This document shows, in pieces, positions 28,597 through 40,852 of a stretch of 64,000 bases of DNA. The notes under the pieces are model-generated. The model ran no database searches and was not told the DNA's origin. It worked only from the letters and a program-made list of their open reading frames with translations. The DNA is from Bugula neritina (taxonomy: Eukaryota > Animalia > Bryozoa), in NCBI GenBank assembly GCA_964035545.1, contig OZ037769.1, forward strand, positions 9,009,929-9,073,928, written 5' to 3'. Position 1 is the stretch's first letter. The number at the start of each line of letters is the position of its first letter. Made by a program: the position numbers and the translations under genes.

Positions 28597-29880
28597 GGGG
28601 TAACGGGGGGGGGGGGGGGGGGGGGGGCACAACGGGCCGAATTTTGCATTTGTTGCTCCCATTCGTCTGTTTTTTAAGTTACTAGTTCAATAATCTCTAG
28701 TCTTAATGCTACATCTGTTGTCTATTACAGGTACCAGTTTGTTGTTTTTATCTCTTTCACAACTTTCAGAATAATGAAATTTTCATGATGAAAAAATTGG
28801 CCCATTGTGCCGGGGTACAATGGGCCACTGGGTGGGACACAACAAATATATTGAAATTTTTTGTATTTTGTTATATCTGATCTTTTTTTATTTAATTCAT
28901 GTTTTAGCTGTACAGTTTGTGCCACTACGGATAGCAGAGGAAGGAAAAATCAAACGCACGTCACTCGGTTCTGCAGTGCCATTATCATTACTGTTTAAAA
29001 CTAAAAATGTTTTGTTATTTTCACTTCAGAGCAACACTTATTAAAAAAAGACTTTACTAAAATGTACTACAAAATTCTGAGTGAACTTTTTTCAATGAAC
29101 TGTAGCTATGGTGCATGCATGGCTGAGGTTTGTGACTGGAGTACGGAAGGGAGAGGGGGAGCAAATGAGCAAATCACAATTTATTTCAGTCAAATGCATG
29201 TATATTCCCTCAATGGTGTAATATATAATGATTATCATGACTATCTACTAGTAGCAACAGCAGAGTGTTTTGTATTATGTATAAAATGGCAAAGCTTTAA
29301 CCTCACTAGATGTATGTATTAGGGGAGCTTCAACTTGTAGTTTTGTAGTCTTACCATGATGTCTTTGATATTTTACAAAAAGATCAGAAATGGCTATATT
29401 TATAGATTTTAGTAACAGTTCAACCAACTTTTTGGGCAAACAAACTAAAAACAGTGATCAGGGTGCAATAATCAGGTGGCCCATTGTGCCCCGGTCAGCG
29501 TGGCCCATTGTGCCCCGTGTGGCCAAATTGAAAATAAATGTGCCTCAAGGAAAATTTATTTCAGTGTTTGCTGTTATACTAGTTAAGCATTGTAGAGACA
29601 AGCAATGGCAACAATATTAGTAAAATATAGGCTTCTTGCCTTTTAGTGTAAAAAGTTATAAGGCTTCAACGACATCCTAAAAAATTTACAAAAAGTAGGT
29701 GAAAACAGTTTTTTACTCGCCTTTTCAACACGTATGTTCCGCAAGTGTTGAAACTACAGAGGCTGAATAATTATGTCAATATCTTTTTATGAAAAAAAAA
29801 TTACAACTCCAAGTCAAAAAGTTCTCTCACAATTCGGCCGGCTTTTTGTACCCCTATGACCGTTGTGCCCCCGTTACCCC
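28597..29880. mobile_element. Non-autonomous DNA transposon, Tc1/mariner-pogo-like (TA target duplication)
   Basis: TA|GGGGTAACGGGGG..CACAACGG at the left end and CCGTTGTGCCCCCGTTACCCC|TA at the right; internal GGCCCATTGTGCC repeats at 28799, 29478 and 29502; no transposase ORF. Confidence 0.8.
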
Positions 29881-30367
29881 TATATCATTTCAATAATTGT
29901 TTTTGTTTTCAAAAATACGAAGAACTAAAACTTAAGCATACATATAACAACATATCAGTGCCAGTATATTCAATCATTATGTTGGGGAAAGGCATTGCAT
30001 TACTTATATAGCGTACACAGTGTTGTTCAACCGTGCATTTTCAGGCTTTTTCTTGTCAGAAGTAAACATAAAAAAATATCCCATATCAAATATCTAACAT
30101 GAAACATCTTGTAGTGTAGCAAAAACAGTTGGGGAAGATTTGGGGATGACTTGAAAAGACTTGTAGAAGACTTGAGTTGTTGGCCTCAACTTGAACTACT
30201 AGATGAGTATTCTATGCTTCTGTGCATATTGTTGTATTTATGTTATATTGTATTGTATTACATAACTCAGCCGCATTCACAGTGCCAATGTTAGTGATGG
30301 TACATTCTATACTTTGTTAGTTGGTTGATAGCAAGTCATGCAGTGCAACAATCAAAAATAAACAAGT

Positions 30368-31817
30368 TCTGCAAACAACTGGCTTTATAGAATGACTCAC
30401 TGTTTTCTCAGATGTATGCAAATGCATCTAAAAGCAGTTGCGCTAGCAAAAATATACTGCTGTGAAATAGCACTGCAGGTGAGTTTTCTGTTTTAATATA
30501 AAAACTGTTAATTGACAAGCAATGTAATCAACTAATTTAAGAAGTTGCAGCAATGACGCATCTCGAGAGCATGTAAACTATGAAGCCTCGAATTGCATAC
30601 TGTAGGCGCATAGTCAAACTTTAAAACTAGGGCAAATTTTACACTCGCTAAGATCTCTGTTTGTTGGAGGGGAAGGTAGGGAGGAGGAGAAGGTGAAAAC
30701 ATCTTGATTTATCAAAAAGAAGGGTGTAAAATGCAAAGGTATTCGAGCATCACTGGTATTTCCATAATAACTGCAAGGCAGAAACTCTTGCTGACAGACA
30801 ATCAAAAAGAAAAACTTTTTCAAATAACCAAACCAATATTAACCTGTGTCTGCTTTGTATAAACACCAAGAACAGAAATTTGGGAAAGATAACTCCCACC
30901 TACACCTATCTTGCAACCGGTGCTGGTGCAAAGAAATTGAGGGGTTATGTTTCATAGTCATATATTCAGCTAGTTCTTCTGACTAGGAAAAAATAACATT
31001 GCTGAAAAAGTTGAAAATGTGAAGCACTGTAGAATTATGGTAAATTATATTATGCATATGATATTATTTATTTGTCAAGATATTATTATATTCTATTCTA
31101 CTCAGTAGTACCAACAATGAATAAATCTCAACAATGATTAATAGTAATATGCATTGTCAATTTTCACAAAGTAGCAGTCTTCAGTCAGCCCTCTCTAGTT
31201 CAAGATGGGCATCACTATACAAACAAGGGTTAAGAAATTTAATGAGTCATGTCAGTTAACCAGCACAAGAAGTCTACAAAGTTTGGTGGCAGACATTTGC
31301 ATTTGACATTAGGACTAAAGTGCTCACTACATGGAGATTTCAACTTCACTTTTTTTGAACTTGTTTTGGATGTATTTGTCACATCTGGCTTACTCACTCT
31401 GGTAGGTTTATTTCATTAACTTTCTAAACTGATATTCCTAACTTTCTTAAGAATTTGTAGTGATATTACCAAATATCACTTGCACGGCAACCTGCCAATA
31501 CAGTTAACGCAGTAAATAAGCACTGGTGTCTTTGATACAGGAATCAAATTTTGCACAAAAAACTTTTTCAAGTCTCTAAAGGCATGCCCATGATAAGTTT
31601 GGAGATATTATTCAAAACTGTAAAAACTTCCATGCAAATTAAAAGTGGACAATTGCTGCAAACACCAGCTCTTTTAAATAGAACGGCTCATTTATTTCTC
31701 AGTTGTATGCAAATGCATTTAAAATCAGTTATTGCTCTAGTAAGATGTAATACTGTAAAATGGCGCTGCAAGTGAGCTTTTCATTTTAATATGAAAACTG
31801 TTGATTGACAAGCAATG
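30368..31817 (+). repeat. Diverged ~155-bp direct repeat (30368-30525 and 31657-31817)
   Basis: Both copies read TTCTCAG.TGTATGCAAATGCAT...CTGCA.GTGAG.TTT....TTTTAATAT.AAAACTGTT.ATTGACAAGCAATG. Confidence 0.75.
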
Positions 31818-33571
31818 TTATGTTATGACTGTTGGTCTAAACTTAGTCCTACCTTTTAAGAAATTTAGTGTTACTACATCCATTACTATTAGTATTAGTA
31901 TTACTTCTAGTTGAATGCTTTTTACTGAGTTGAGTTCACCAACAGTAACGCTGTCATTATCATTATATTCATATTGTTAGAAAATTTAATACATACATAC
32001 ATGTAAATATAATTATAAATTACTAACATACTATTAGTAGTGCTTAGTCTTTTAATCCTCCTCAGTACTGGCACTTGTAGGTATATATTAAATTTCCTCA
32101 AACTTCAAGACTGAAGTATTGCCATTGCTAAGAGTTTATTAGTATTGCTTGTTACCGTTATTAATAGGCAATAGTATTGCTCACAAGATTTATTCGGTTT
32201 GGTTTTCACTTTTGTTGATGTTTGTGTTAATGAAGATGCAATCTCTTCAGGAGCAATTATACACACTCCTGCTAGTGCTTTTCACAAACGCTCAAATAAT
32301 GACACCAAAATGGTGCACCATAAGGAATCTTTTCTTTAATAAATGATGTTTCAAGTCATTCTGTTATTCCAATCTATTTTTGAATCAACATTGTTCTCAT
32401 TTTAGTTGGTGCAATAGCTAGTGAAAGTACACCCACCCCCCCCCCCCCAGTACCCCCTGCTAAACTTAATCCAATAGATTATGGTCAGGAACGGCAACTC
32501 CAAGTCATGCCTCATTTCTATGCGGCGCCATGCTAGTGACCACGGGCGACACCGCCGGAATCTTGTGTCGTCCAATCAGGATTGACTCCATGTATATAGG
32601 TAACGCCTTCCAGCGCGCACAGCCAGTCTCGGACAGTGCTAGTAGCTACTAGGTTAACCATATGTAATTGCTCTGACTATTGTTATATATTTCTCTTTTA
32701 TTGTATACTGATTTTATCGTGCGTAATTAATTCAATACAGTTCTCGTTCCATGATCAACTTGTTCGGTTCTTCACATAACCTCACAGTGGATATGCAGTG
32801 ATTACCAGCACACAATAACACCCAATCTAGTAGTGCGCAAAACTACAACATAATTACCAAGTTGTAGCATAATTCTAAATACATGTAAAGCTATTATTAG
32901 CAACTCACATTTGCATACATAAAATAGGATTTATAGAATGAAATTTAGTTTAAAGTGTACTAGGTAATAGATTTTATTTGTAAAGAATTCAACATCACAC
33001 ATGCACATTTTAATATATATAGAGTGCACTCTCTCCTGAATTTATATGTACCAGACAAAACCAGCCTGTGTTCTGTTTTACAATGGTGTTTTGTTAATCA
33101 ACTTCAAGTTGCATGGAAAATATATTGCATTTAATTTTAATATCATATTTGAAATGTATGTCTCCTGTTTCTGATTAAGAATAAGCAAGTTTAAATATAT
33201 ATTTTTAATAACATATTGTAGTGAGTCATGCAATGTACTGATATGAGAATCGTCTGCTCTCCGTTCTGGGAATACTAAGGCCCCTATGAAGTAACCTATC
33301 AGCAGCACCGGAAGATATGCTTCCGACTCATGTGACAGTTTCCGGGCAATTAACATTGATCACGTTGTTGTGAGCGAGGGCTTGAAGTAGAAACATGTGT
33401 TAGTAGTTGACTTATGTATAGGATAATTTGATGTAATGTTTGCTTTATATTGTATTGTGGATAATAAACATAATTACTCGACAGCTACCCTAGTAATTAA
33501 TTGCTAGTAGAATAGCCAACTAAATACGCAAGTAGAAAACTCACGCACAGTAATTGCACGAATTACTACAG

Positions 33572-33589
33572 TGGCGGCAGCGGTGGGAT
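33572..33589 (+). promoter_or_regulatory. Primer-binding site, tRNA-Leu type
   Basis: TGGCGGCAGCGGTGGGAT, one mismatch from the complement of the tRNA-Leu 3' end (AUCCCACCGCUGCCACCA). Confidence 0.75.
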
Positions 33590-33605
33590 CTTGTGTATAA
33601 CAGTC

Positions 33606-34504
33606 ATGGCAGAAGACGGCGCGGAGCTACCCATTCCGCTGAATGAGGGTGAGGAAGATAATGTTGATATACCTGTGGAACCAGTAGTGTTAGAAGAAGT
33701 GAGAATTCCTAGAGAGCCTGGTGAAGGCAGATACCGGCTGAAGGCGCCCACCTTCACAGGTAGTTGCACGGTGGCCACCAAGGGTGGCGTTGCTCAAACT
33801 CAGGATGGCGCTGACGGACAAGGCTAAGCCATATGGAGCGGGACCTGACATAGACGGGATCTTTGCTTCTCTGTGGGCCCATTTTGGTATCTCCCCCATA
33901 GATGCGCGGGCCCGCCTACAAAGGCTGCGGCGTGATCCTCACACGTCGCTACAGGAGCACGCTGCCACGGTGTACCCGCTGGCGCAGATCACGTTCCGCG
34001 ATCTGCCTCAAGTACACCGTGAGAGGTATACTTATGATGCCTTCGTACAGTCCATCAACGACTTGGGGCTCCACCATCAGTTCCAAGCGAGGGGAGTCAC
34101 CACGGTCGAGGATGCACTTGCGGTGGGAGAAGCCTACCTCATGGCGACTCATATGCACCGCAATCGCGTGGTCTCCCGCCAGGTGGCCACGGAGCACACT
34201 ACTGCTCATACTGAACCAAATGGGGAACCCTCCGCGGTGGCTAATGTGAACCAGATGTCACTAGCATCGAAAGTCGCACAAATGACTGACATGCTAGATA
34301 AACTGGTCGCCACATTAGCTCCCCCAAGCCAGGTAGATACCGCCGTGAGCCTTGCAGGCCGCAGGTACAATCACCAGGCATGGGGCATAACTTCTGCTGG
34401 GGATGCGGAAGGCCAGGACATTTTCAAAAGAACTGCCCTCAACTCCAACAAGGGTTAAACTACCACGGCCCGCAGATGTTCCCACCTCCTGCGGGCCGCC
34501 GGTA
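33606..34504 (+). pseudogene. gag: Gypsy gag, frameshifted
   Basis: KAPTFTG start, capsid-like RLQRLRRDPHTSLQEHA and CCHC knuckle CWGCGRPGHFQKNC (34395-34436) lie in different frames. A G-TTA-AAC -1 slippery site at 34454-34460 leads into the pol frame. Confidence 0.75.
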
Positions 34505-36688
34505 AACCACCCAGGGAGGACCGCGAGTCTGCCGCCCCGCTGGGCGCCGCGCGGAGATGCTGTGAAGTGGCGACCCCCACGGCAAGTAGGCTACTCAAGC
34601 CACTCGCCACCTGGGTCCTCTATGCCACTCCAACACGGATCCGGCAGACGGTTGATCTCAGAGCCTGTGAGGGAAACGGTACAGGCGCCGCAAGGCGTAC
34701 CGCCCCAACCTCAGCAGCTGGTCAATAGTCGTCGCCAACCGTGGACCCCTCGACCCACAGCGAGGGAGGTGCAACCACGGCACACACAGCTGCAGCCGCA
34801 CGGAAGTAGCTACTTCCTGCCAGGAAAGCTAGCTGGCAAGCCTGCCAACTTCCTTCTGGACTCGGGCTGCACCACCAACCTCCTTAGCCGTCAATTCTTT
34901 GACACCCTCAGCGCTAAGGTCAAGGACGGGTTGGCACGGTATGAGGGGGATCATGGCACCCTGGCAGACGGGTCGTGCATTCCCTTCTACGGCATTATTG
35001 AGCTGACTGGTTACATCCGTAACCAGGCCATCCAAGAGACGTTTATCGTCGGACAGCTCAACGAGGATGCTATCCTCGGGATGCCATTCTTACAACGACA
35101 CGGATGTCGCATCGATTTCAGTAAATCTGCGATGATCATGGGCGATAGGGAGCTCACTTGTGTCGATAAGTTTGGTCGTCCTCTAGCGGGAGGAGTGCAG
35201 GTAGTACGGAGCTGTACGATACCAGGCCACTCCCGGGCTACCGTCCGCTGCAAAGTAGACGGTGGCCAAACCTCTAGGTTGGGAGTTGTCAAAAGCACGC
35301 ACTCAAGAATCCAACTTGCCCATAGCTTTAGCTGGCTTACGGGACAAGGAGAGATCTCAGTGCAGTGCGTCAACCCCTCCTCAGAGACGGTAGATCTACC
35401 ACCCAGGTCCATGCTGGGCCGCTTCCATCCTGTCCAGGAGGAAGCCATTGGGCTGTCGTTGGGAGCTACGACGGAAGGTCCTCAGCAGAGCCCGTCTCCA
35501 GGGCGGAGGACCGTCCCAACCCACGCCTCCCATATTCCAGGGACGCGTGGCGACACAGGCAACAGAAAGCGCCAGGTTATGGCTATGTTGCCACGCAGGT
35601 ACAGTGGAGCGCCCCGCAACACAGACCACGACGCCCGCCTGAATAGAGTAAGCCGTCGTGAGGTACCACGGGCGGCGGAGACCGCCCCTACTCATCAGCC
35701 CACGAGGAGGTTGGGCTCGAAGGAGAGGAGCAGAGTTCCCCCACGGAACTCGGGCCAACTCCAACAGAGGGCTGACACGCCCCCAAGGGCCGTCCAGAGC
35801 CTCCACGCCAAACCTGTATGGGCTGGTAACGTTAGGGAGCTGCCAAAACTCCAGGAAAGCCTTCCTGGGGTGGTAGCCGACGTGTACCGAGCGAAACAGG
35901 AAGGGCGACGACTCAGTGGTAGACAACGGCGACAGGGATGCGCCGAGCTACGGCTGTACTGTCAACGTTGGAACTCCCTGCGGGTCGGGCCAGATGGTCT
36001 GCTGACCATGACTTTGGCCGCCAACAGCAGACAACCAGCCAGGAAGAGGATCGTCTGCCCAGCTGCCATCCGCCGGGAGTTGATACAGGACACCCACGAG
36101 CAGACTCATGGAGGAATCCAGGGGGTGGTCACCAAGCTACAACTCCGGTGGTACTGGCCCAACGTGGAGCGGGACATCCGGCGCAGAGTGAGACGGTGCG
36201 AAGTCTTCCAGACCAACCAGCATAGCCGTCTCCCTGGTGAAGCGGGGCGGCAGACGCATTGTGCGAGAAGGTCTTGGCAAGCGGAGACTGTCGTCCTGGC
36301 CGGAAACACCCCCATGACACCTCAGGAAGACTTGGCGAGGCGAAAAAGGCCACTTCCGTCCTTGAAAGTGTGCCCACCGCCCCCAACGTCAAGCCTGCCA
36401 TCACCACCACTTCCGGAACCGAAAACGGGCCCGAAAGTGCAAAAACCCCCCGTGGGAGGGGCTCTGTACGGAGATACCAACGTAGGAACAACCGTCACAA
36501 ACAGGCTGGAAAAATCACCCGTGAGACATAACAATCCACGGGTGAGCACACCGCCTCCCACAGTGACGACGCCTCCAGGACCACACACTAGGCAACCCCC
36601 AGCGTGTCTCGGAGACTTCGTGCGTGACCGCGTTACAAGCGGCAGTTATGAAGGTCTAGTGAGGTCTCGCATGGGAAAAAATATATAA
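34403..36688 (+). CDS. pol: Truncated pol ORF: aspartic protease plus integrase H2C2 zinc-binding region
   Basis: LLDSGCTTN and AILGMPFL (retropepsin); HEQTHGG...WYWPNVERDIRRRVRRC (IN zinc finger, last Cys lost); no YxDD or DDE core. Confidence 0.8.
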   Translation: MRKARTFSKELPSTPTRVKLPRPADVPTSCGPPVNHPGRTASLPPRWAPRGDAVKWRPPRQVGYSSHSPPGSSMPLQHGSGRRLISEPVRETVQAPQGVPPQPQQLVNSRRQPWTPRPTAREVQPRHTQLQPHGSSYFLPGKLAGKPANFLLDSGCTTNLLSRQFFDTLSAKVKDGLARYEGDHGTLADGSCIPFYGIIELTGYIRNQAIQETFIVGQLNEDAILGMPFLQRHGCRIDFSKSAMIMGDRELTCVDKFGRPLAGGVQVVRSCTIPGHSRATVRCKVDGGQTSRLGVVKSTHSRIQLAHSFSWLTGQGEISVQCVNPSSETVDLPPRSMLGRFHPVQEEAIGLSLGATTEGPQQSPSPGRRTVPTHASHIPGTRGDTGNRKRQVMAMLPRRYSGAPRNTDHDARLNRVSRREVPRAAETAPTHQPTRRLGSKERSRVPPRNSGQLQQRADTPPRAVQSLHAKPVWAGNVRELPKLQESLPGVVADVYRAKQEGRRLSGRQRRQGCAELRLYCQRWNSLRVGPDGLLTMTLAANSRQPARKRIVCPAAIRRELIQDTHEQTHGGIQGVVTKLQLRWYWPNVERDIRRRVRRCEVFQTNQHSRLPGEAGRQTHCARRSWQAETVVLAGNTPMTPQEDLARRKRPLPSLKVCPPPPTSSLPSPPLPEPKTGPKVQKPPVGGALYGDTNVGTTVTNRLEKSPVRHNNPRVSTPPPTVTTPPGPHTRQPPACLGDFVRDRVTSGSYEGLVRSRMGKNI

Positions 36689-36909
36689 AAATATATATAT
36701 ATAAAAATATATATGTAAATATAAATATATATATATAAATATATATCATAATAATATATTATATATTATTATATTATATATGTATAACAATATTATATAT
36801 AATATATAATATATATATTTATATATAATAATAATCTATTATATATTATTATATTATAAATTTTATTATATATATATGTGTATATATATATGTGTATATA
36901 TATATATAA

Positions 36910-36946
<37 letters not shown>

Positions 36947-36980
36947 TGTATAAATGTAAATATATATACACGCACGCACA

Positions 36981-37068
<88 letters not shown>

Positions 37069-37072
37069 CACA
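36680..37072. repeat. (TA)n followed by (CACG)n/(CA)n microsatellites
   Basis: Direct reading. Confidence 0.97.
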
Positions 37073-37742
37073 TGTATTATGCATGCCAAATATTTACTAC
37101 AAATTTCAAAATTAGCATAACTAAGTAGACGTATTACTGTGCCTATTTGCATCCAATTTACTAGTCTTACATTTATAGCAATTGTAACGTATTTTGTGTA
37201 AAATGGTTATTGCAAGCATTATTCAATTCATATTCACATTGTAATCACAGCAAAACCTATATGCATTGAAATATGTTTAAAAACTCTACCAATAAAAAAA
37301 AACTAAAAAAAATGGACACAGAAAATAAAAAAAAATAAAATCACAAAAGTGGCAAAATTTTTCCTCTATAACTTATATAAACTCGCGGTACCAGTAGCGG
37401 CATAATGATTTTTCATGGTTTAAAGTCAACACTCCTAAATATACCACACTGCACGCGGGGAACTACTAATTTTAATAGTATTATTATTATTGCTGTGGCC
37501 TGCGAGTTTGTTACTTGAACTCCAAGCTTTATCAGGTAACTTCAAAAATTGTTCAATATTGGTCTTGAAATGATGCATAGTCTAATTGAAAGTATAATTG
37601 TAAGATATCCCTTCAAATTTTTTATTTTATATTTAGAATAATTATAAAAAAGTGATACTAATACTAATAGTAAATGTAATACTAATACTAACAGTAATAG
37701 TAATACTTATAGTTATACTTATACTTATGGTTATACTAATAC

Positions 37743-38381
37743 TGTTATAACGGGAACTTGTGGTATCCCGCTACAACTTACTGTACAGCTGTTACTAATA
37801 TGGCTAAGCCTTAGTGATTTACTATAACAGTATTATATGCATATACTTTATGGTAATTACCTTGTAGATTGTTGGTGACTCCTCTCGTTCCTGGTACGTC
37901 TACCTGAAGCTGGGTCTTACAGAGGAGTGACTTCAGATAGCTGTTGGGTGTAGCAAGATACTTCTTGCCGGTTAGCTCCACGTCAGCTGCTTCAGGATAG
38001 GTTGAAGTATTACAAGGGTGGCTGTAATACTTAGGTTTCCTGCCGGTTGGTCCACGTCAGCTGCTTCAGGATAGGCTACTGCGTTTACAAGGGTGGCTGC
38101 ATTTCCATATAAGGATAGAGCCAAGAAGCTGCAGGATCAGGGTGTTTGACGTATAGGAACTGACTTCAAAGCGAAAATGTAATTATAATTGTAACGAAAT
38201 TAGTACATGTTACAGACAGTAGGAAACAGATGGGCTATTGTGATGGCATTAGTTCTCTCTAATCCGTATAACAATGAAAAGTTAATATCAATGTGGGGTT
38301 TAGCTGGGCGTTAGGAAATGAGAATGTAGAATGACTCAGTGGGAAATGAATAAACCTAAAGTCCATAATTCCACTACAACA
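37743..38381 (-). repeat. 3' LTR of copy A
   Basis: Matches 44489-45127. Confidence 0.95.
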
Positions 38382-39593
38382 TTTCTCCCGACGAAAAAGA
38401 AAGCATAGCTCCTGCTATGTGTCTGTAGTACTTACAATGTAGTTCGAAATTATGATAAGGTTCTACTTACGAAATTGGGGTGTGGAGGTGAGTCAGTAAG
38501 TGATTCGTCTGAGTAAGTTGGTATTAATCAGAGCGTTCTACTTATTACTTACTAGGACTATTACTAACTAGGATGAGGAAATGGTATGAATGTTAAATTG
38601 CTCCGAATAGTTGTTGCGGCAGATATAATTATTATTAATAAAGTTCGAGTGGCTAGAATGCGGGGTTGTGTCATTGTGTGATTACCGGTAAGTTGGCGCG
38701 ATCCTCAACTATAACTCTACGTACAAGCCACGCTACTCTGTTGACACCACTTTAACTCAATATTTCCATAACCTCAGTTTTCGATATCAGTATGTCTTCC
38801 AGTACGGTAAGTTGGATAATACTAATTAATTCTACGTTTTTATCATTGTGTGGATTCAGTTAGTATATCTGTGATGTGAATATGTACGTAGCTTCAGTGG
38901 TAGTACTAGTAGTAGGCGTAGTATTTCGTTGTAATCAACTTCAAGTTTTTTAAGTTTTACTTCAAACCTATCAAATTAACTTCAGTAATTTAAAGTTCTT
39001 AGTCTAGATGTGACGATGTAACCCAAATTAAGTGTAATTTTCTCGTTCGATTTTTTGAGATATCATTCAAAAGTGATAAATTCAATAAAGTGATAAACTG
39101 TCAGTCCAGTGTCGTTTGACTATAGGTATTAGTTTAGAGTAAGACTAAAGTGTGTGTTTGCTGACCGAATTACCCACTTACAACAGTTATAGTGCTGCTA
39201 CTAGTTGTGGTGTCAATACTTATAGATACTATGTCAATATGTCTGGTCAGTAGTTGAGTAGTATTGGCATTATAAAATTTTAATGATAAGAGTAAAGTTG
39301 TACTTGGTAACAATAGTCATTGGACTTAATGGTGGGTGTTGTCAATTAGTAAACATGTTGCTATTGAATTGTCTAGCCGTTTTTGTAGTTACTTATACTG
39401 GCATAAATCCATCTTTATCTGGTTAATGTTAAAATAAGTAAATAATAATGAAAAAAAAATAATAATAAAAAAAACTTTCACTAGTAGGAGTACTAATTGT
39501 GGGTATTTCGGTCTCAGTGTTTTGTTTATGGTTATATATAATTGATCTAGTGGACCACTGGTATCCACTGCTAGCTGTTAAGCTGCTCACCCA

Positions 39594-40542
39594 ATGAAAA
39601 GAAAAGGGAATGGCTCCTGCCATTCGTTATTCTATTTATTCCTGAAGGGGTTAGTAAGCATTGGGGTGGATTTGTTAGTATCAGCAGACTGTTATATGTT
39701 AGTATCTAACTAGGGGGGGGGGGGGTTGATATGTGCATCCGCTAGGCTATCGCTTATAATGACTTGAATGGATCCTTGCCCTTCAGATCTGCCCAATGCA
39801 CTGCAACTGTTGGAGAGGCAGGGTGTTGGAGTGCTTTAGCAGTACCTCCACGCTTCACAGCACGGTGGCGGAGTTACAACAAACCACGACTGATCTACCC
39901 GTCACGTGGGGTTAGTAATTGGACTTATCGTCTAGCTCAAAGCAGTAGCAGTATAGGGTCGGTCATCGTAGCCATATCAATCCAATTGCCTTTCTGAGTA
40001 AGCATGCCTAGTTTATATGCCACTTTATGCTACAGGGTCTAATGTAACTGAACTCAATTTAACTGAGTTGTTCTCAGCTCAGGAGGACCAAGATGGGGTC
40101 CTCATAATAAGTATTATAGGGCTAGGCACGCTGTTGCTAATGGCAGTGCTCAGCATGTTTGCTTGTCGCTATGGCGCCCGTAGATACATAGAATATAGAA
40201 CCACCCCACAAAGCTAACATTACTAACGTCCCTATAATATACGTATAAATATATATATTTTTGTTTTTGTTTTTTTTTTTTCATTTACTTCATTTTCATT
40301 CACTACTTATATGTATATATTATATGTAAATATGTTTTTGTCATTGTATATCTATATACCAGTTAATAATATGTTAATAATAAATCTAACTACCATTTAG
40401 CTCACATAATCATGTGTTTGTTTTATATTCTCTTTTAGGATACACTGGCCTAGTGGCCGGAATAGTATTAGGGGCCTTGGCCCTAGCCTTAATAGTTTAT
40501 ATATTCTGCTGTTGTAGGCCCGCTTGCAGGGCGAGAGACTGA
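39594..40542 (+). CDS. Antisense spliced small membrane-protein gene in copy A: exons 39594-39653, 39787-39910, then 40036-40217 or 40439-40542
   Basis: GT-AG junctions are in phase: MKRKGNGSCHSLFYLFLKGL|ICPMHCNCWRGRVLECFSST...VTW|GSNVTELNLT...TM...PQS* or |GYTGLVAGIVLGALALALIVYIFCCCRP... Differences from copy B are mainly synonymous. Confidence 0.6.
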
Positions 40543-40852
40543 GTAGTTAGTTTTGTGTTCGTTTTTCTTTTTCTTTTAATAAAGGTAAAATAGTGTAAAT
40601 CTAATCAGCTACCAATTGTATTCGTTTATTTCAATTTGCACTAGTCTTGTTAATGTAATCAACTTGTAAATAGAGGCTGTAGAGTGCGATTAGGATTAGA
40701 GTTGAGCCTTACTAAAACGATGGAATACTAGATAATCAAAATATAGTAGTAAATATGATATGCACTTTAAAAAAAAACAAGCCCAACTCGAACAGTCCGT
40801 CACGTTGAGTGTTTAGTCTTTTATCATGCAACGGTATTATGGTAAGTCTAGT

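Larger units (their letters stand above)
33217..36688 (+). mobile_element. Internally deleted Ty3/Gypsy LTR retrotransposon (5' LTR, PBS, gag, PR, IN zinc finger; no RT/RH/IN core; no 3' LTR seen)
   Basis: LTR TGTAGT...ACTACA at 33217-33570, tRNA-Leu-type PBS, GC-rich coding body. It ends in an AT microsatellite. Confidence 0.85.

Noticed and set aside
32480-32790. Possible solo LTR (CCAAT, TATA, AATACA, ending ACA-GTGG)
   Set aside because: No partner LTR, clear TG start or TSD could be established.
34829-36588. Many overlapping ORFs within the Gypsy body (likewise within 41000-54600)
   Set aside because: Shadow frames of GC-rich coding sequence with no independent motifs.
39764-39997. 77-aa ORF MNGSLPF... 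as the antisense protein
   Set aside because: A/B differences are mostly non-synonymous in this frame but synonymous in the overlapping CPMHCNC frame.
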